Shown here one piece after another: positions 12,975-22,983 of a DNA stretch of 64,000 nt. Source of the DNA: Alphaproteobacteria bacterium (lineage in GTDB: Bacteria; Pseudomonadota; Alphaproteobacteria; UBA7887); NCBI GenBank assembly GCA_965216755.1, contig CBDCGL010000011.1, positions 3,136,001 through 3,200,000 on the forward strand, written 5' to 3'. The translations under genes were made by a program, and so were the position numbers. Positions within the stretch are counted from its first letter, which is position 1. Every line of letters begins with the position of its first letter. The notes beneath the pieces were generated by a model that saw only the letters and a program-made list of their open reading frames with translations, was not told where the DNA came from and made no database searches.

Positions 12975-14402
12975 TCAGCTTGCCAAAGTGCGCCGTAGCA
13001 ATTCCACATCTTCAGCGAAACTGGGGTCCTTTTGTCGCAATTGGTCGATTTTCTTGACTGCGTGCATGACTGTCGTGTGGTCGCGATTGCCGAATTTCCG
13101 ACCAATTTCCGGCAATGAGCGCGAGGTCAAATGCTTGGCCAAGTACATCGCCACTTGGCGTGGCCGCGCAACCACTTGCGCGCGCCGGGCCGAAGACATC
13201 TCGAACAGTTTGATTCGATAGTACTCAGCCACCTTTTTTTGGATTTCCTCGATCGTGACCTGGCGATCATTGGCACGCAAAAGGTCGTGCAAGACCTCGT
13301 GCGCCGACTCCAGCGTGATCGGCCGACCAACCAAGGTGGAATGGGCGAGAACCCGGTTCAGAGCGCCTTCGAGTTCGCGCACGTTCGAGGTGATTTTGTG
13401 CGCCAAAAACTCCAGCACCTTGCGCGGCACATCGTTGACACCAGCTTGCTCGGCTTTCGATTGCAAGATGCCCAGGCGCAGCTCGTACGATGTGCCGTGC
13501 ACTTCGGCGACCAAGCCCCATCCCAAGCGCGAGCGCATCCGCTCTTCCATGTCTTCCATGTCCGATGGCGAGCGATCGCCCGAGACAATGATCTGCCGGT
13601 TCTGATCCGCCAACGCGTTGAAGGTGTGGAAGAATTCCTCCTGCGTCGAGTCCTTGCCGCTGATGAATTGAACATCGTCAATCATCAGCACGTCAACCGA
13701 CCGAAACAGCTCCTTAAAGCCCATGATGTTCTTGAATCTGAGCGCCCGGATGAACTGATACATGAACTTTTCGGCGGACAAATAGATCACCCGTCGTTCC
13801 GGCCGACAACTGCGCAGCCGCCACGCTATGGCGTGCATCAGATGCGTTTTGCCAAGACCGACGCCGCCATAGATGAACAGCGGATTGAACGGCACGACAT
13901 CCGAATCAGCGACACGACGGGCCGCCGCGTGGGCAAACTCGTTCGGCTTGCCAACGATAAAATTCTCAAATGTGAAGCGTGGATCCAAAGAGGATTTATA
14001 GCGTCCGATATCGTCGGCGACGCTTGCCGCGCCATCATCTCCGCCGCTGTCCTGGCCATGGCGGCCAGCGCCATTGCGGCCACCGACCGCCGTGCCAGCC
14101 CCGGCGCCATTGCCAGCGGTCGCCGGTTCGGTGGCCGCCGCCACTTCGTAGGCGACATCGTCGACCTCGGCGCGTTGCTGACGCCACAGAGACAACATGC
14201 GGTCGCCGTAACGCGATTCGACCCAGTTGCACATGAATCGCGTCGGCGCCGTCATGACCACCGTCGTCCCGTTGATCGTGCGTACGTCCAGGCGCGCGAC
14301 CCAATTGTCGTACGCAGCCGCGCCGAATTCGTTCTTTAGAAGCTTCTTGACCTCCGACCAGCCGGCCGTGATGTCAGGCCGATCCGACACAACGCTCACC
14401 AT
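12975..14402 (-). CDS. dnaA: Chromosomal replication initiator DnaA
   Basis: NPLFIYGGVGLGKTHL, IDDVQF, TQEEFFHTFN, NVRELEGAL, RDHTTVMHA. Confidence 0.98.
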   Translation of the reverse strand: MVSVVSDRPDITAGWSEVKKLLKNEFGAAAYDNWVARLDVRTINGTTVVMTAPTRFMCNWVESRYGDRMLSLWRQQRAEVDDVAYEVAAATEPATAGNGAGAGTAVGGRNGAGRHGQDSGGDDGAASVADDIGRYKSSLDPRFTFENFIVGKPNEFAHAAARRVADSDVVPFNPLFIYGGVGLGKTHLMHAIAWRLRSCRPERRVIYLSAEKFMYQFIRALRFKNIMGFKELFRSVDVLMIDDVQFISGKDSTQEEFFHTFNALADQNRQIIVSGDRSPSDMEDMEERMRSRLGWGLVAEVHGTSYELRLGILQSKAEQAGVNDVPRKVLEFLAHKITSNVRELEGALNRVLAHSTLVGRPITLESAHEVLHDLLRANDRQVTIEEIQKKVAEYYRIKLFEMSSARRAQVVARPRQVAMYLAKHLTSRSLPEIGRKFGNRDHTTVMHAVKKIDQLRQKDPSFAEDVELLRRTLAS

Positions 14403-15192
14403 GTCATACCGTCAATGGCCGGCCATGCGTCTTGATTGGCGCCGCTCGGCGCACACGGGCCTGCCGCCCGCGCCATGCCGCATTCCATGCGGCTGACAAA
14501 CCAACAAACCGGCGCTGATGACCGGTCGTCACCCTGCCGCCCGACACTCCGGCGACTTGTCCACCGTAAAGATTTCGCCTCCAGATTAACGGGTTTGGAA
14601 ACACCCATTCTGCTTGTTTCCCCTTCGTGACAACTAGAGACAAAGACAAACGAACCCCCTGCCTTCAGCTCATTTGCCTAGACCCAACCCACGACCATCA
14701 ACACTGGTGTAATGCCTGGTCGTTACTATCTTTTATCCGGAGAAGAAAGCGCCCTGAGCCCGATTTTCTTACTATTTATCTTGTCACGTTGCGCTACCCC
14801 CGAGGCCTTTGAGAGTACCGCCACGGACGATTTCTGGCAACCGAATCGTCACCCGACCAAGGTAATTTTTTGATGGCGAAGCGTAAGACCAAACGGAACC
14901 GGGGCGGCGCTATTTGATGATTTTCCCGCCGTGACAAGCCGTTAGCTTGACATGCTTGTGACCAGATGAAAGCCGCTTGGAAGGCGAACGCGCCAGCGTC
15001 GTGAACGTCCCCGTCGGAAGTGACCCGTGACGACACCGCCGCAGCAACGTGCGGCGGCGCATCGACGAGCTCACCGGCTGGGTATTTTTGGCGCGACAGG
15101 CCAGCACCAACGCCGCCGAATCGGCTTCACGCGATCCGGCGCGATAATAAGGGCGCGAAATCGAATATCTTGGGCGGTCGCGGCGATCGCCT

Positions 15193-15453
15193 TTAGAGGG
15201 CGCGAATGCGAGCCGACAAACGCGACAATTTGCGCCGCACCGTATTGCGATGCAGGACGCCCTTGTTGGCACCACGAACAAGTTGGGGTTGTGCGGCGAT
15301 GAACGCAGCCTGAGCCGCCGCTTTGTCGCCGCCTTCAATCGCGCTTTCCACCTGTTTGACAGAAGTCCGCACGCGACTGAGCCTGGCGCGATTCACTTGT
15401 CGTCGCCGTTCGTTGCGACGAATGCGCTTTTTTGCCGATTTATGGTGCGCCAT
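15193..15453 (-). CDS. rpsT: 30S ribosomal protein S20
   Basis: [12 protein letters not shown]...[16 protein letters not shown]. Confidence 0.97.
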   Translation of the reverse strand: MAHHKSAKKRIRRNERRRQVNRARLSRVRTSVKQVESAIEGGDKAAAQAAFIAAQPQLVRGANKGVLHRNTVRRKLSRLSARIRAL

Positions 15454-15491
15454 GACGACCTGAACTTCCGCTGGTTTTGAGGAAACCAGCG

Positions 15492-15520
15492 CTTATAGCC
15501 AAGCCAATCCGGCACGTCAA
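15492..15520 (-). promoter_or_regulatory. Sigma70-like promoter of rpsT
   Basis: TTGACG-N17-TATAAG on the minus strand, about 40 bp upstream of the rpsT start. Confidence 0.6.
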
Positions 15521-15552
15521 CGGTGTGCAGACCGCATCATCGGCGGGCATGC

Positions 15553-16326
15553 TCATTTGTTGACGAAATTGGCGGGGCGCTTCTCGGCAAAGGCGGCCAT
15601 ACCTTCTTTCTGGTCTTCCAAGGCGAAGGTCGAATAGAACAGGCGGCGTTCAAAGCGCACGCCTTCGCCAAGCGGCGATTCATAGGCGCGGTTGACCGCT
15701 TCCTTGGCCATCATCAACGCCGGCCGCGACAGCTTGGCGATGGCCGCGCCGACCTTAATCGCTTCGTCGACCAGTTCGGCCGCGGGGACGATGCGACTGA
15801 CCAGACCAACCCGTTCGGCTTCCTCAGCATCCATCATGCGCCCGGTCAGAATCATCTCCATCGCCTTTGACTTGCCGACCGCGCGTGGCAAGCGTTGCGT
15901 GCCGCCAGCCCCGGGAAAAGTGCCGAGATTGATCTCCGGCTGGCCGAATTTGGCTGTATCGGCGGCAAGTATGAAATCACACATCATTGCCAGCTCGCAG
16001 CCGCCACCGAGTGCATAACCGGCGACCGCCGCGATGATCGGTTTACGGACATGGGTCACCTGCTCCCACGGTCCGATGAAATCGCCGTAATAGGCGTCCA
16101 TATAGGATTTCGCCTGCATTTCTTTGATGTCCGCACCGGCTGCGAACGCTTTCTCGTTGCCGGTGATGACAATCGCCCCGATGTCGTCATCCGATTCAAA
16201 CCCGTCCAGCGCGCTGTTCACCTCGCCGATCAGTTCACTGTTCAGGGCGTTTAACGCTTTCGGGCGATTAAGCCGGATGATCCCGACGCGGCTCTTGGTT
16301 TCGACAAGGATGGTCTGATACGACAT
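15553..16326 (-). CDS. Enoyl-CoA hydratase
   Basis: [42 protein letters not shown]. Confidence 0.95.
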   Translation of the reverse strand: MSYQTILVETKSRVGIIRLNRPKALNALNSELIGEVNSALDGFESDDDIGAIVITGNEKAFAAGADIKEMQAKSYMDAYYGDFIGPWEQVTHVRKPIIAAVAGYALGGGCELAMMCDFILAADTAKFGQPEINLGTFPGAGGTQRLPRAVGKSKAMEMILTGRMMDAEEAERVGLVSRIVPAAELVDEAIKVGAAIAKLSRPALMMAKEAVNRAYESPLGEGVRFERRLFYSTFALEDQKEGMAAFAEKRPANFVNK

Positions 16327-16367
16327 GGCTTCCCAACCGTTCTAGAAGTAAGTCGGCGCCGGGGGTC

Positions 16368-16760
16368 CTAGGATGGCGCCAGCGAAAAGGTGACGATTAC
16401 GGCGGCACCATCAGCGGGCGCGCCGATGACCGGCTCAACGGCGATCGCCAAAGTCTCCCCGTCACGCGCGAATGTCAACGGTGCCGCCGCCACGACCCAA
16501 CCGAGCGCCGGGAGTGTGCGACGATAGAATGCCGCGACATCGCCGGCCGCGAGCTTGCCGACAGCGCGGCTTTCGATGATCCGCCCGGCGGCGGTATCGA
16601 ATACCGTCAGCGCGTCCGCGGCCGCCGTCAAACCGTCCATCAACGGCAAATCATCGAACCCGGGAACAAAGCTTTGCTGATCTTGGGCCGCAACCGACCG
16701 GAGTGGCGCCAAACCGGCCAACACGACAAGCAACGCGCAAAGTGTCGCCCACCGGGTCAT
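16368..16760 (-). CDS. Hypothetical exported protein
   Basis: Signal peptide; DLPLMDGL, VFDT..GRI, FYRRTLPALGW; 4-bp overlap with the mutM stop. Confidence 0.75.
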   Translation of the reverse strand: MTRWATLCALLVVLAGLAPLRSVAAQDQQSFVPGFDDLPLMDGLTAAADALTVFDTAAGRIIESRAVGKLAAGDVAAFYRRTLPALGWVVAAAPLTFARDGETLAIAVEPVIGAPADGAAVIVTFSLAPS

Positions 16761-17584
16761 CGCTGACAGGCCGGGCAGAAAAATGTCGAACGACTGCCTT
16801 GCACAATGCGCCGGATGACGTGGCCATCAGCATGGCGCGGACACGGCGCGCCTTCGCGATCATAGACCGCAAATCCATGCTGGAAATAGCCCAGTTCGCC
16901 AGATGTCTGGACATAATCGCGCAGGCTGGAGCCACCGGCGGCAATGGCTTTGCTGAGAACCTGTTTAACCGCGTCAACCAAGCGGGCGGCGCGCAACGGG
17001 CCGATCGAACCACCGCTGCGGCGTGGCGATAATCGCGCGTGATAAAGGCTTTCGCAGGCATAGATATTGCCGATACCGGCGATGATCCGTTGATCCAGCA
17101 ACAACGACTTCAGTGGCGCGCGGCGCGCCGCGAACGCACGGGTCACCAGCCGATCATCAAAATCAGCGGCCAACGGATCGACGCCAAGATGGGCGAGCAG
17201 CGGATGGTCCATGACGGCGGCGGTCGCGCACAGATCCATCAATCCAAACCGGCGCGGGTCGTTGAACGCGACCTCGCGATCATCGTCCAAGGCGAACACG
17301 ATATGGTCGTGGGTCTGACGCGCCGTACCCTGTGGCCGCATGACCACGCGCCCCGACATGCCGAGATGGCCGATGACGACCACGTCGCCGGCGCAGCGAA
17401 TCAACAGATATTTCGCCAGCCGGTCGATCGTGACAACCCGGCGCCCGCGCAATCGGGCCGCGAAATCGGGCGGCACCGGTCGCCGCAAGTCGCCACGATG
17501 CACGGTGATGTCGACGAGTGTTCGTCCTGCTAGTCCGGCCGTCAAACCGCGCCGCACTGTTTCGACTTCTGGCATTTCAGGCAT
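16757..17584 (-). CDS. mutM: Formamidopyrimidine-DNA glycosylase Fpg
   Basis: N-terminal MPEMPEVET, HLGMSG, GIGNIYACE, C-terminal zinc finger FCPACQ. Confidence 0.96.
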   Translation of the reverse strand: MPEMPEVETVRRGLTAGLAGRTLVDITVHRGDLRRPVPPDFAARLRGRRVVTIDRLAKYLLIRCAGDVVVIGHLGMSGRVVMRPQGTARQTHDHIVFALDDDREVAFNDPRRFGLMDLCATAAVMDHPLLAHLGVDPLAADFDDRLVTRAFAARRAPLKSLLLDQRIIAGIGNIYACESLYHARLSPRRSGGSIGPLRAARLVDAVKQVLSKAIAAGGSSLRDYVQTSGELGYFQHGFAVYDREGAPCPRHADGHVIRRIVQGSRSTFFCPACQR

Positions 17585-17655
17585 CGTCACTCGCGCATCC
17601 AGGCGTATCGTGCCCACTGTAGCGTGCCCCCATGGCGTGCGCTATGGTCGCGACC

Positions 17656-18453
17656 ATGAACGATCGCAACCCGGAACCGCCCGCCGACAATGCCAAGGGT
17701 GGCACCGAATTCGGCGCCGTGCCGTTTGGCTTCCGCGATGTTACCGCTGTTGAAAAAGCGTCATTGGTTGGCGACGTTTTCGCCGCCGTGGCGCCGCGCT
17801 ACGACGTGATGAACGATCTGATGAGCGCCGGCGTCCATCGGCTGTGGAAACGTCACATGGTGGCCGCCTTGGGTCGGCGCGCGCCGGAACAAATCTTGGA
17901 CCTGGCTGGCGGCACCGGTGACATTGGCCATTTGCTGCGCAAACGATTTGCCGATCGGCCACCGGTTGTCACGATTTGCGATATTAATCCGGCGATGTTG
18001 TCGCAAGGGCGCGAGCGGGCGTGGAACACGGGCCGGGTCGCCGGTTTGACATGGTTATGCGGCAACGCCGAGTCGTTGCCGTTCGCGGATCGCAGCTTCG
18101 ATGCCTGCACCATCGCATTCGGCCTTCGTAACCTGACCGATATCGCGGCCGGCCTGGCCGAAATCCGTCGGGTGCTGAAACCGGGCGGACGGTTCTTGTG
18201 TTTGGAATTCACACCCAGTGTCGCGCCAGCGTTGAAGCCGCTCTACGATCTGTGGTCGTTTCGCGTCATTCCGACGATCGGTGCCACGGTGGCCGGTAAC
18301 AGCGACGCCTATCGTTATCTGGTGGAAAGCATTCGCCGGTTTCCCCCTCCCGATGCGCTGGCGGCAATGATGGCCGCGCAGGGCTTCGGCGGCTTACGCG
18401 TGACGCGCCATGCCGGCGGCATTGCCGCGCTCCACGCCGGCTGGCGCATCTAG
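17656..18453 (+). CDS. ubiE: Ubiquinone/menaquinone C-methyltransferase
   Basis: YDVMNDLMS.GVHRLWK, LDLAGGTGD, IAFGLRN, YRYLVESIRRFP. Confidence 0.95.
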   Translation: MNDRNPEPPADNAKGGTEFGAVPFGFRDVTAVEKASLVGDVFAAVAPRYDVMNDLMSAGVHRLWKRHMVAALGRRAPEQILDLAGGTGDIGHLLRKRFADRPPVVTICDINPAMLSQGRERAWNTGRVAGLTWLCGNAESLPFADRSFDACTIAFGLRNLTDIAAGLAEIRRVLKPGGRFLCLEFTPSVAPALKPLYDLWSFRVIPTIGATVAGNSDAYRYLVESIRRFPPPDALAAMMAAQGFGGLRVTRHAGGIAALHAGWRI

Positions 18454-18455
18454 CC

Positions 18456-19976
18456 ATGCGCCGCAGCCTGCGCCATCTATTGCGCCTGGCCAAGATTGCG
18501 GTTGTCTTGGCGCGTTGCGACGCGCTGGAGGTTTTGGAGCGGCTGCATATCGCACCCGCGTTGACCACGTTGGTGCGTTTGGGCCGGCGTCGGCGCGCCG
18601 GCCGGTTGGGATTGCGCATGGCGCGCGCAGCGGAATCGCTGGGACCCGTGTTTATCAAACTCGGTCAAGCGCTATCGACCCGCGCCGATTTGATCGGTCA
18701 GGAGACCGCCGACGACCTGGCGGCCTTGCGCGACCGGCTGCCGCCTTTCGCCGCGGAGCAGGCACGCGCGATCGTCGCCGCGGAATTGGGCGCGCCGCTG
18801 GAAAGCTTGTTTAGCCGCTTCGACGATCAACCGGTGGCGGCCGCATCAATCGCGCAAGTCCATTTTGCCCGCACCAGCGACGGTCGCGATGTCGCTGTCA
18901 AAGTGCTGCGGCCGGGGATCGAGGCGCGCTTCGCCCGCGACGTCGATTTACTCGATTGGCTGGCGGCACTTGTCGAACGCACACAGCCCCAATGGCGGCG
19001 CTTGCGGCCGGTCGACAGCGTGCGCACGTTTGCCGACATGGTCGCGGTGGAAATGGATCTGCGTCTGGAAGCCGCCGCGGCCGCCGAGCTGGCCGAGAAT
19101 TTTGCCGATGATCCGGACTATGTGGTGCCCGCCGTTGATTGGCAGCGAACCGCGCGACGGGTGCTGACCACCGAGCGCGTCAAGGGCACTCCGTTAAGCG
19201 ATCGCGCCCGTTTGATCGGCGACGGACACGATCCGGAGCGGGTACTGACAATTGCCGCGCGGGCGTTGTTCAATCAGGTGTTTCGCGACGGCTTCTTCCA
19301 CGGCGACCCGCATCCCGGCAATCTGTTCGTCACGCCCGAAGGTCGCGTGGCCGTGGTCGATTTCGGCATCATGGGCCGGCTGGATCGGCAATCGCGGCGC
19401 TATTTGGCGGAGATGCTGATCGGCTTCCTGGCCGGTGACTATGCTCGGGTCGCCGAAGTGCATTTTCGCGCCGGCTATGTACCGTCAGACAAATCGATCG
19501 GCGCTTTCACGCAAGCCTGTCGATCGATCGGTGCCCCGATCATCGGCCGCCCGGCCAACGAAATTTCGTTGGGCCGCCTGCTCGGCCAGCTATTTCATAT
19601 CACCGAAACTTTCGGCATGCAGACCCAGCCGCATTTGCTGTTGCTGCAAAAAGTGCTGGTGGTCGCCGAAGGGGTCGGCCGCGAGCTGGAACCAAATGCC
19701 AACATGTGGCAGTTGGCGCAGCCACTGGTGGAGGATTGGGTCGCCGACAATTTGGGCCCAGAGGCGAGTTTCCGTGACGCCGTGACCACCCTGGCCGATA
19801 CGGCACAGCGGCTGCCGCGCCTGGTGCGCGAGGCCGAGCAGCTGTTGGAACGGGCGGCGGCGCGCGAACGGGCCGGGGCCGGTGGCGAAGCCCGCGCGCC
19901 GACACCTGTGTCGCCCGGCGCCCTGATGGCCACGGTGGCGGCACTGGTCGCGTTGTTGGTGGTATTGGCTCTTTGA
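18456..19976 (+). CDS. ubiB: Ubiquinone biosynthesis kinase-like protein UbiB
   Basis: GPVFIKLGQALSTRAD, AAASIAQVH, VAVKVLRP, FFHGDPHPGN, DFGIMG. Confidence 0.95.
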   Translation: MRRSLRHLLRLAKIAVVLARCDALEVLERLHIAPALTTLVRLGRRRRAGRLGLRMARAAESLGPVFIKLGQALSTRADLIGQETADDLAALRDRLPPFAAEQARAIVAAELGAPLESLFSRFDDQPVAAASIAQVHFARTSDGRDVAVKVLRPGIEARFARDVDLLDWLAALVERTQPQWRRLRPVDSVRTFADMVAVEMDLRLEAAAAAELAENFADDPDYVVPAVDWQRTARRVLTTERVKGTPLSDRARLIGDGHDPERVLTIAARALFNQVFRDGFFHGDPHPGNLFVTPEGRVAVVDFGIMGRLDRQSRRYLAEMLIGFLAGDYARVAEVHFRAGYVPSDKSIGAFTQACRSIGAPIIGRPANEISLGRLLGQLFHITETFGMQTQPHLLLLQKVLVVAEGVGRELEPNANMWQLAQPLVEDWVADNLGPEASFRDAVTTLADTAQRLPRLVREAEQLLERAAARERAGAGGEARAPTPVSPGALMATVAALVALLVVLAL

Positions 19977-20062
19977 GCGGGATGCACAGGCTGACGGCCT
20001 TGGTTGTCAAGCCGGGCGCGCGCTCTTACCTTTGCAGAAAGCGGAACTACGGACCTGACCCG

Positions 20063-21286
20063 ATGAATCTGAACGGCAAGCGGATCCTGTTGATTATCAG
20101 CGGCGGTATCGCCGCTTATAAGACGCTGGATTTGATTCGTCAGCTGCAAAGCCATGGTGCGGCGGTGCGCTGTGTTTTGACCGCCGGCGGCGCGCACTTT
20201 GTGACCCCGCTGTCGCTGGCCGCGCTGACCGGCGACAAGGTTTATTGCGATTTGCTGTCGCTGACCGACGAAAGTGAAATGGGCCATATCCGCTTGTCGC
20301 GCGCGGCGGACCTGCTGGTTGTGGCGCCGGCGACGGCCGATATTTTGGCCAAGATGGCCCACGGCCATGCCGACGATTTGGCCAGCACCGTGTTGTTGGC
20401 GACCGATAAGCCGGTCTTGGTCGCGCCCGCCATGAACAGCCAAATGTGGGCGCATCCGGCGACCCGTCGCAATGTCGCCGCCTTGACCAAAGACGGCATT
20501 CGGTCGGTCGGCCCCATGGCGGGCGATTTGGCCTGCGGCGAGATCGGCCCCGGTCGCATGGCGGAGCCGGCTGAGATCGTGGCCGCAATCGATGCCGCGC
20601 TGCGCGCCGGTGCCGATGGGCCGTTGTCGGGGGCCCGCATATTGGTCACCGGCGGGCCGACCCGTGAACCGATTGATCCCGTTCGCTTTATTGCCAACCG
20701 TTCGTCGGGCAAACAAAGTTTTGCGTTGGCCGGTGCGTTGGCCGCCAGGGGCGCCGAGGTGGTGCTGGTATCCGGCCCGACCGAACTGGCGGACCCGCCC
20801 GGCTTGCGGGTCGAACATGTCGAGACCGCCAACGAAATGCTGGCGGCGTGTCAGGTCGCCTTGCCGGCGGACGTGGCCATCTGTGCCGCCGCGGTCGCCG
20901 ATTGGCGTGTCGCCAAACCGGCCGAGCAGAAGATCAAGCGCGGCGCGCAGAGCAGCCAGACCATTGAACTGGTCGCCAACCCCGACATTCTCAAGACTCT
21001 AAGCGCCGCCGGCCCGGCCCGGCCGACCTTGGTCATCGGGTTTGCCGCGGAAACTGAAAATGTGATCGACAATGCGACGCTTAAACGCGCTGCCAAGGGC
21101 TGCGATTGGATCATCGCCAACGATGTATCGCCGCAGACCGGCGTGTTTGGCGGCGACCACAATAAGGTCTTCCTGATCGATCAAAACGGCGCGGAAGAAT
21201 GGCCGTCGGCGACCAAGGCCGAGATCGCCGCCCGCCTGGCCGACCGCATCGCCGATGCCATTGCAGAACGGGGCCTGGTGGCATGA
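20063..21286 (+). CDS. coaBC: Phosphopantothenoylcysteine decarboxylase/ligase
   Basis: SGGIAAYK, APAMN, LACGE.GPGRM, GPTREPIDPVRFIANRSSGKQ, GFAAET. Confidence 0.96.
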   Translation: MNLNGKRILLIISGGIAAYKTLDLIRQLQSHGAAVRCVLTAGGAHFVTPLSLAALTGDKVYCDLLSLTDESEMGHIRLSRAADLLVVAPATADILAKMAHGHADDLASTVLLATDKPVLVAPAMNSQMWAHPATRRNVAALTKDGIRSVGPMAGDLACGEIGPGRMAEPAEIVAAIDAALRAGADGPLSGARILVTGGPTREPIDPVRFIANRSSGKQSFALAGALAARGAEVVLVSGPTELADPPGLRVEHVETANEMLAACQVALPADVAICAAAVADWRVAKPAEQKIKRGAQSSQTIELVANPDILKTLSAAGPARPTLVIGFAAETENVIDNATLKRAAKGCDWIIANDVSPQTGVFGGDHNKVFLIDQNGAEEWPSATKAEIAARLADRIADAIAERGLVA

Positions 21287-21765
21287 CTGTGACCGTCGCG
21301 GTGCATCGCTTGCCCCATGCGGTCGACGGTGCCATGCCGGTCTATGCCAGCGCCCATGCCGCGGGCGCCGACCTGACCGCCGCGGTTGAAACGCCGGTTA
21401 CCGTGGCGCCGGGCGCGCGCGCGATCGTACCAACTGGCATCAGGCTCGCCATACCGCCGGGCTATGAAGGCCAGGTGCGCCCGCGTTCAGGCCTGGCGAT
21501 CAAGCATGGCGTCACGTTGGTCAACAGCCCCGGCACGATTGATGCCGATTATCGCGGCGAAGTCGGCGTGATTGTGATCAATCTGGGCGATACACCGTTT
21601 ACCGTGACGCGCGGCATGCGCATCGCCCAATTGGTGGTGGCGCCCGTGACGCAGGTGACGTGGCGGGCGGTCGACGAACTGCCAGCCAGTGACCGGGGTG
21701 ACGGTGGCTTCGGCTCGACCGGGATTGACACAACGCCCGCGACGGCCGGCAATGGCGACCGTTGA
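21283..21765 (+). CDS. dut: dUTP diphosphatase
   Basis: AAGADL, QVRPRSGLA, GTIDADYRGE, RGDGGFGSTG. Confidence 0.96.
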   Translation: MTVTVAVHRLPHAVDGAMPVYASAHAAGADLTAAVETPVTVAPGARAIVPTGIRLAIPPGYEGQVRPRSGLAIKHGVTLVNSPGTIDADYRGEVGVIVINLGDTPFTVTRGMRIAQLVVAPVTQVTWRAVDELPASDRGDGGFGSTGIDTTPATAGNGDR

Positions 21766-22564
21766 GCAGATGGACTTCAGCGACGCGCAGATTGATCGCT
21801 ATGCCCGCCACATCATCCTGAGCGAGATCGGCGGCACCGGCCAGGCCAAGTTGCTGCGCTCGCGCGTGCTGGTGATCGGCGCCGGCGGGCTCGGCTCGCC
21901 AACTATATTGTATTTGGCCGCCGCCGGTGTCGGCACCCTCGGTGTGGTCGATGACGACACAGTCGATTTATCCAATTTGCAGCGCCAAGTGATGCATGGC
22001 ACCGCCGATATCGGCGTGGCGAAAACAACCAGCGCCCGCAACGCTGTCGCCGCGATCAATCCCGACGTCTCGGTGATCGCCCACGAGCGACGCTTTGCAG
22101 CCGACAATGCCCGTGACCTGATCGCGGACTACGACCTCATCCTTGACGGTTCGGACAATTTCCCGACCCGCTTTCTCGTCAACGATGCGTGTTATTTCGA
22201 AAGCAAGCCGGTTGTGTCCGCCGCTATTCTGCGCTTTGAAGGCCAGGTCGCGACGTTCAAAGCCCATCTTGGTGGCGACAATCCCTGTTATCGCTGTCTG
22301 TTTCCGGCGCCACCTCCGGCCGGTTTGATCCCGTCTTGCGCCGAGGGCGGCGTGCTCGGCGCTTTGGCCGGCGCGGTGGGATCGATCCAAGCGACCGAAG
22401 CGATCAAGGAACTGCTTGGCATCGGCGCAAGCTTGTCCGGCTATCTTTTAATCTACGATGCGTTGAATACGACCTTTCGCAAGGTGCGGGTGCGTCCGGA
22501 TCCGGGATGCGCCTTGTGCGGATCGACACCGTCGATACGCGATCTGTCTGGTCATGCGGCGTGA
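21752..22564 (+). CDS. moeB: MoeB/ThiF family adenylyltransferase
   Basis: RYARHI, GAGGLGSP, SNLQRQ, CYRC, PSCAEGG, CALC; alternative start at 21770. Confidence 0.92.
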   Translation: MATVEQMDFSDAQIDRYARHIILSEIGGTGQAKLLRSRVLVIGAGGLGSPTILYLAAAGVGTLGVVDDDTVDLSNLQRQVMHGTADIGVAKTTSARNAVAAINPDVSVIAHERRFAADNARDLIADYDLILDGSDNFPTRFLVNDACYFESKPVVSAAILRFEGQVATFKAHLGGDNPCYRCLFPAPPPAGLIPSCAEGGVLGALAGAVGSIQATEAIKELLGIGASLSGYLLIYDALNTTFRKVRVRPDPGCALCGSTPSIRDLSGHAA

Positions 22565-22566
22565 AC

Positions 22567-22983
22567 ATGGCGCTGGGCAAGCTTTCGATCATTGTCTTTT
22601 CGGGCCGTTTCGACCGGGTTCATTTCGCCCTAACCACGGCCGCCGCTGCCGCCGCCATCGATCGCCCCGTCACCTTGTTTTTCACCATGGCCGCGCTGCG
22701 CGGTCTGGCCGACGGCGGCAACGGGACCGCGCCCGGCTGGCACGGACTGGAGGGGACGCCGGCCGCGGACGATGCACAGTTCAAGGCGCGCGGTGTCGCG
22801 GATTTTGAAACCTTGCTCGACTCCTGTGTCGCCCTGGACGTGACCTTCATGGCCTGCGAAATGGGACTCCGCGCCATCGCCATGACCGCGAATCAATTGC
22901 GCGGCGACGTGCCGGTCAAAGTGACCGGATTGGTCACGTTCCTGACCGACTGCGAGGCGGCCGGCCAGACGCTGTTTATTTAG
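22567..22983 (+). CDS. DsrE/DsrF/DrsH-like family protein
   Basis: LSIIVFSG..DRVH.AL, VTLFFT, ACEMG, TGLVTFL. Confidence 0.75.
   Translation: MALGKLSIIVFSGRFDRVHFALTTAAAAAAIDRPVTLFFTMAALRGLADGGNGTAPGWHGLEGTPAADDAQFKARGVADFETLLDSCVALDVTFMACEMGLRAIAMTANQLRGDVPVKVTGLVTFLTDCEAAGQTLFI

Noticed and set aside
13131-14339. 402-aa ORF opposite dnaA (likewise 10455-11612, 19595-20818, 27477-28775)
   Set aside because: Antisense shadows of well-supported genes
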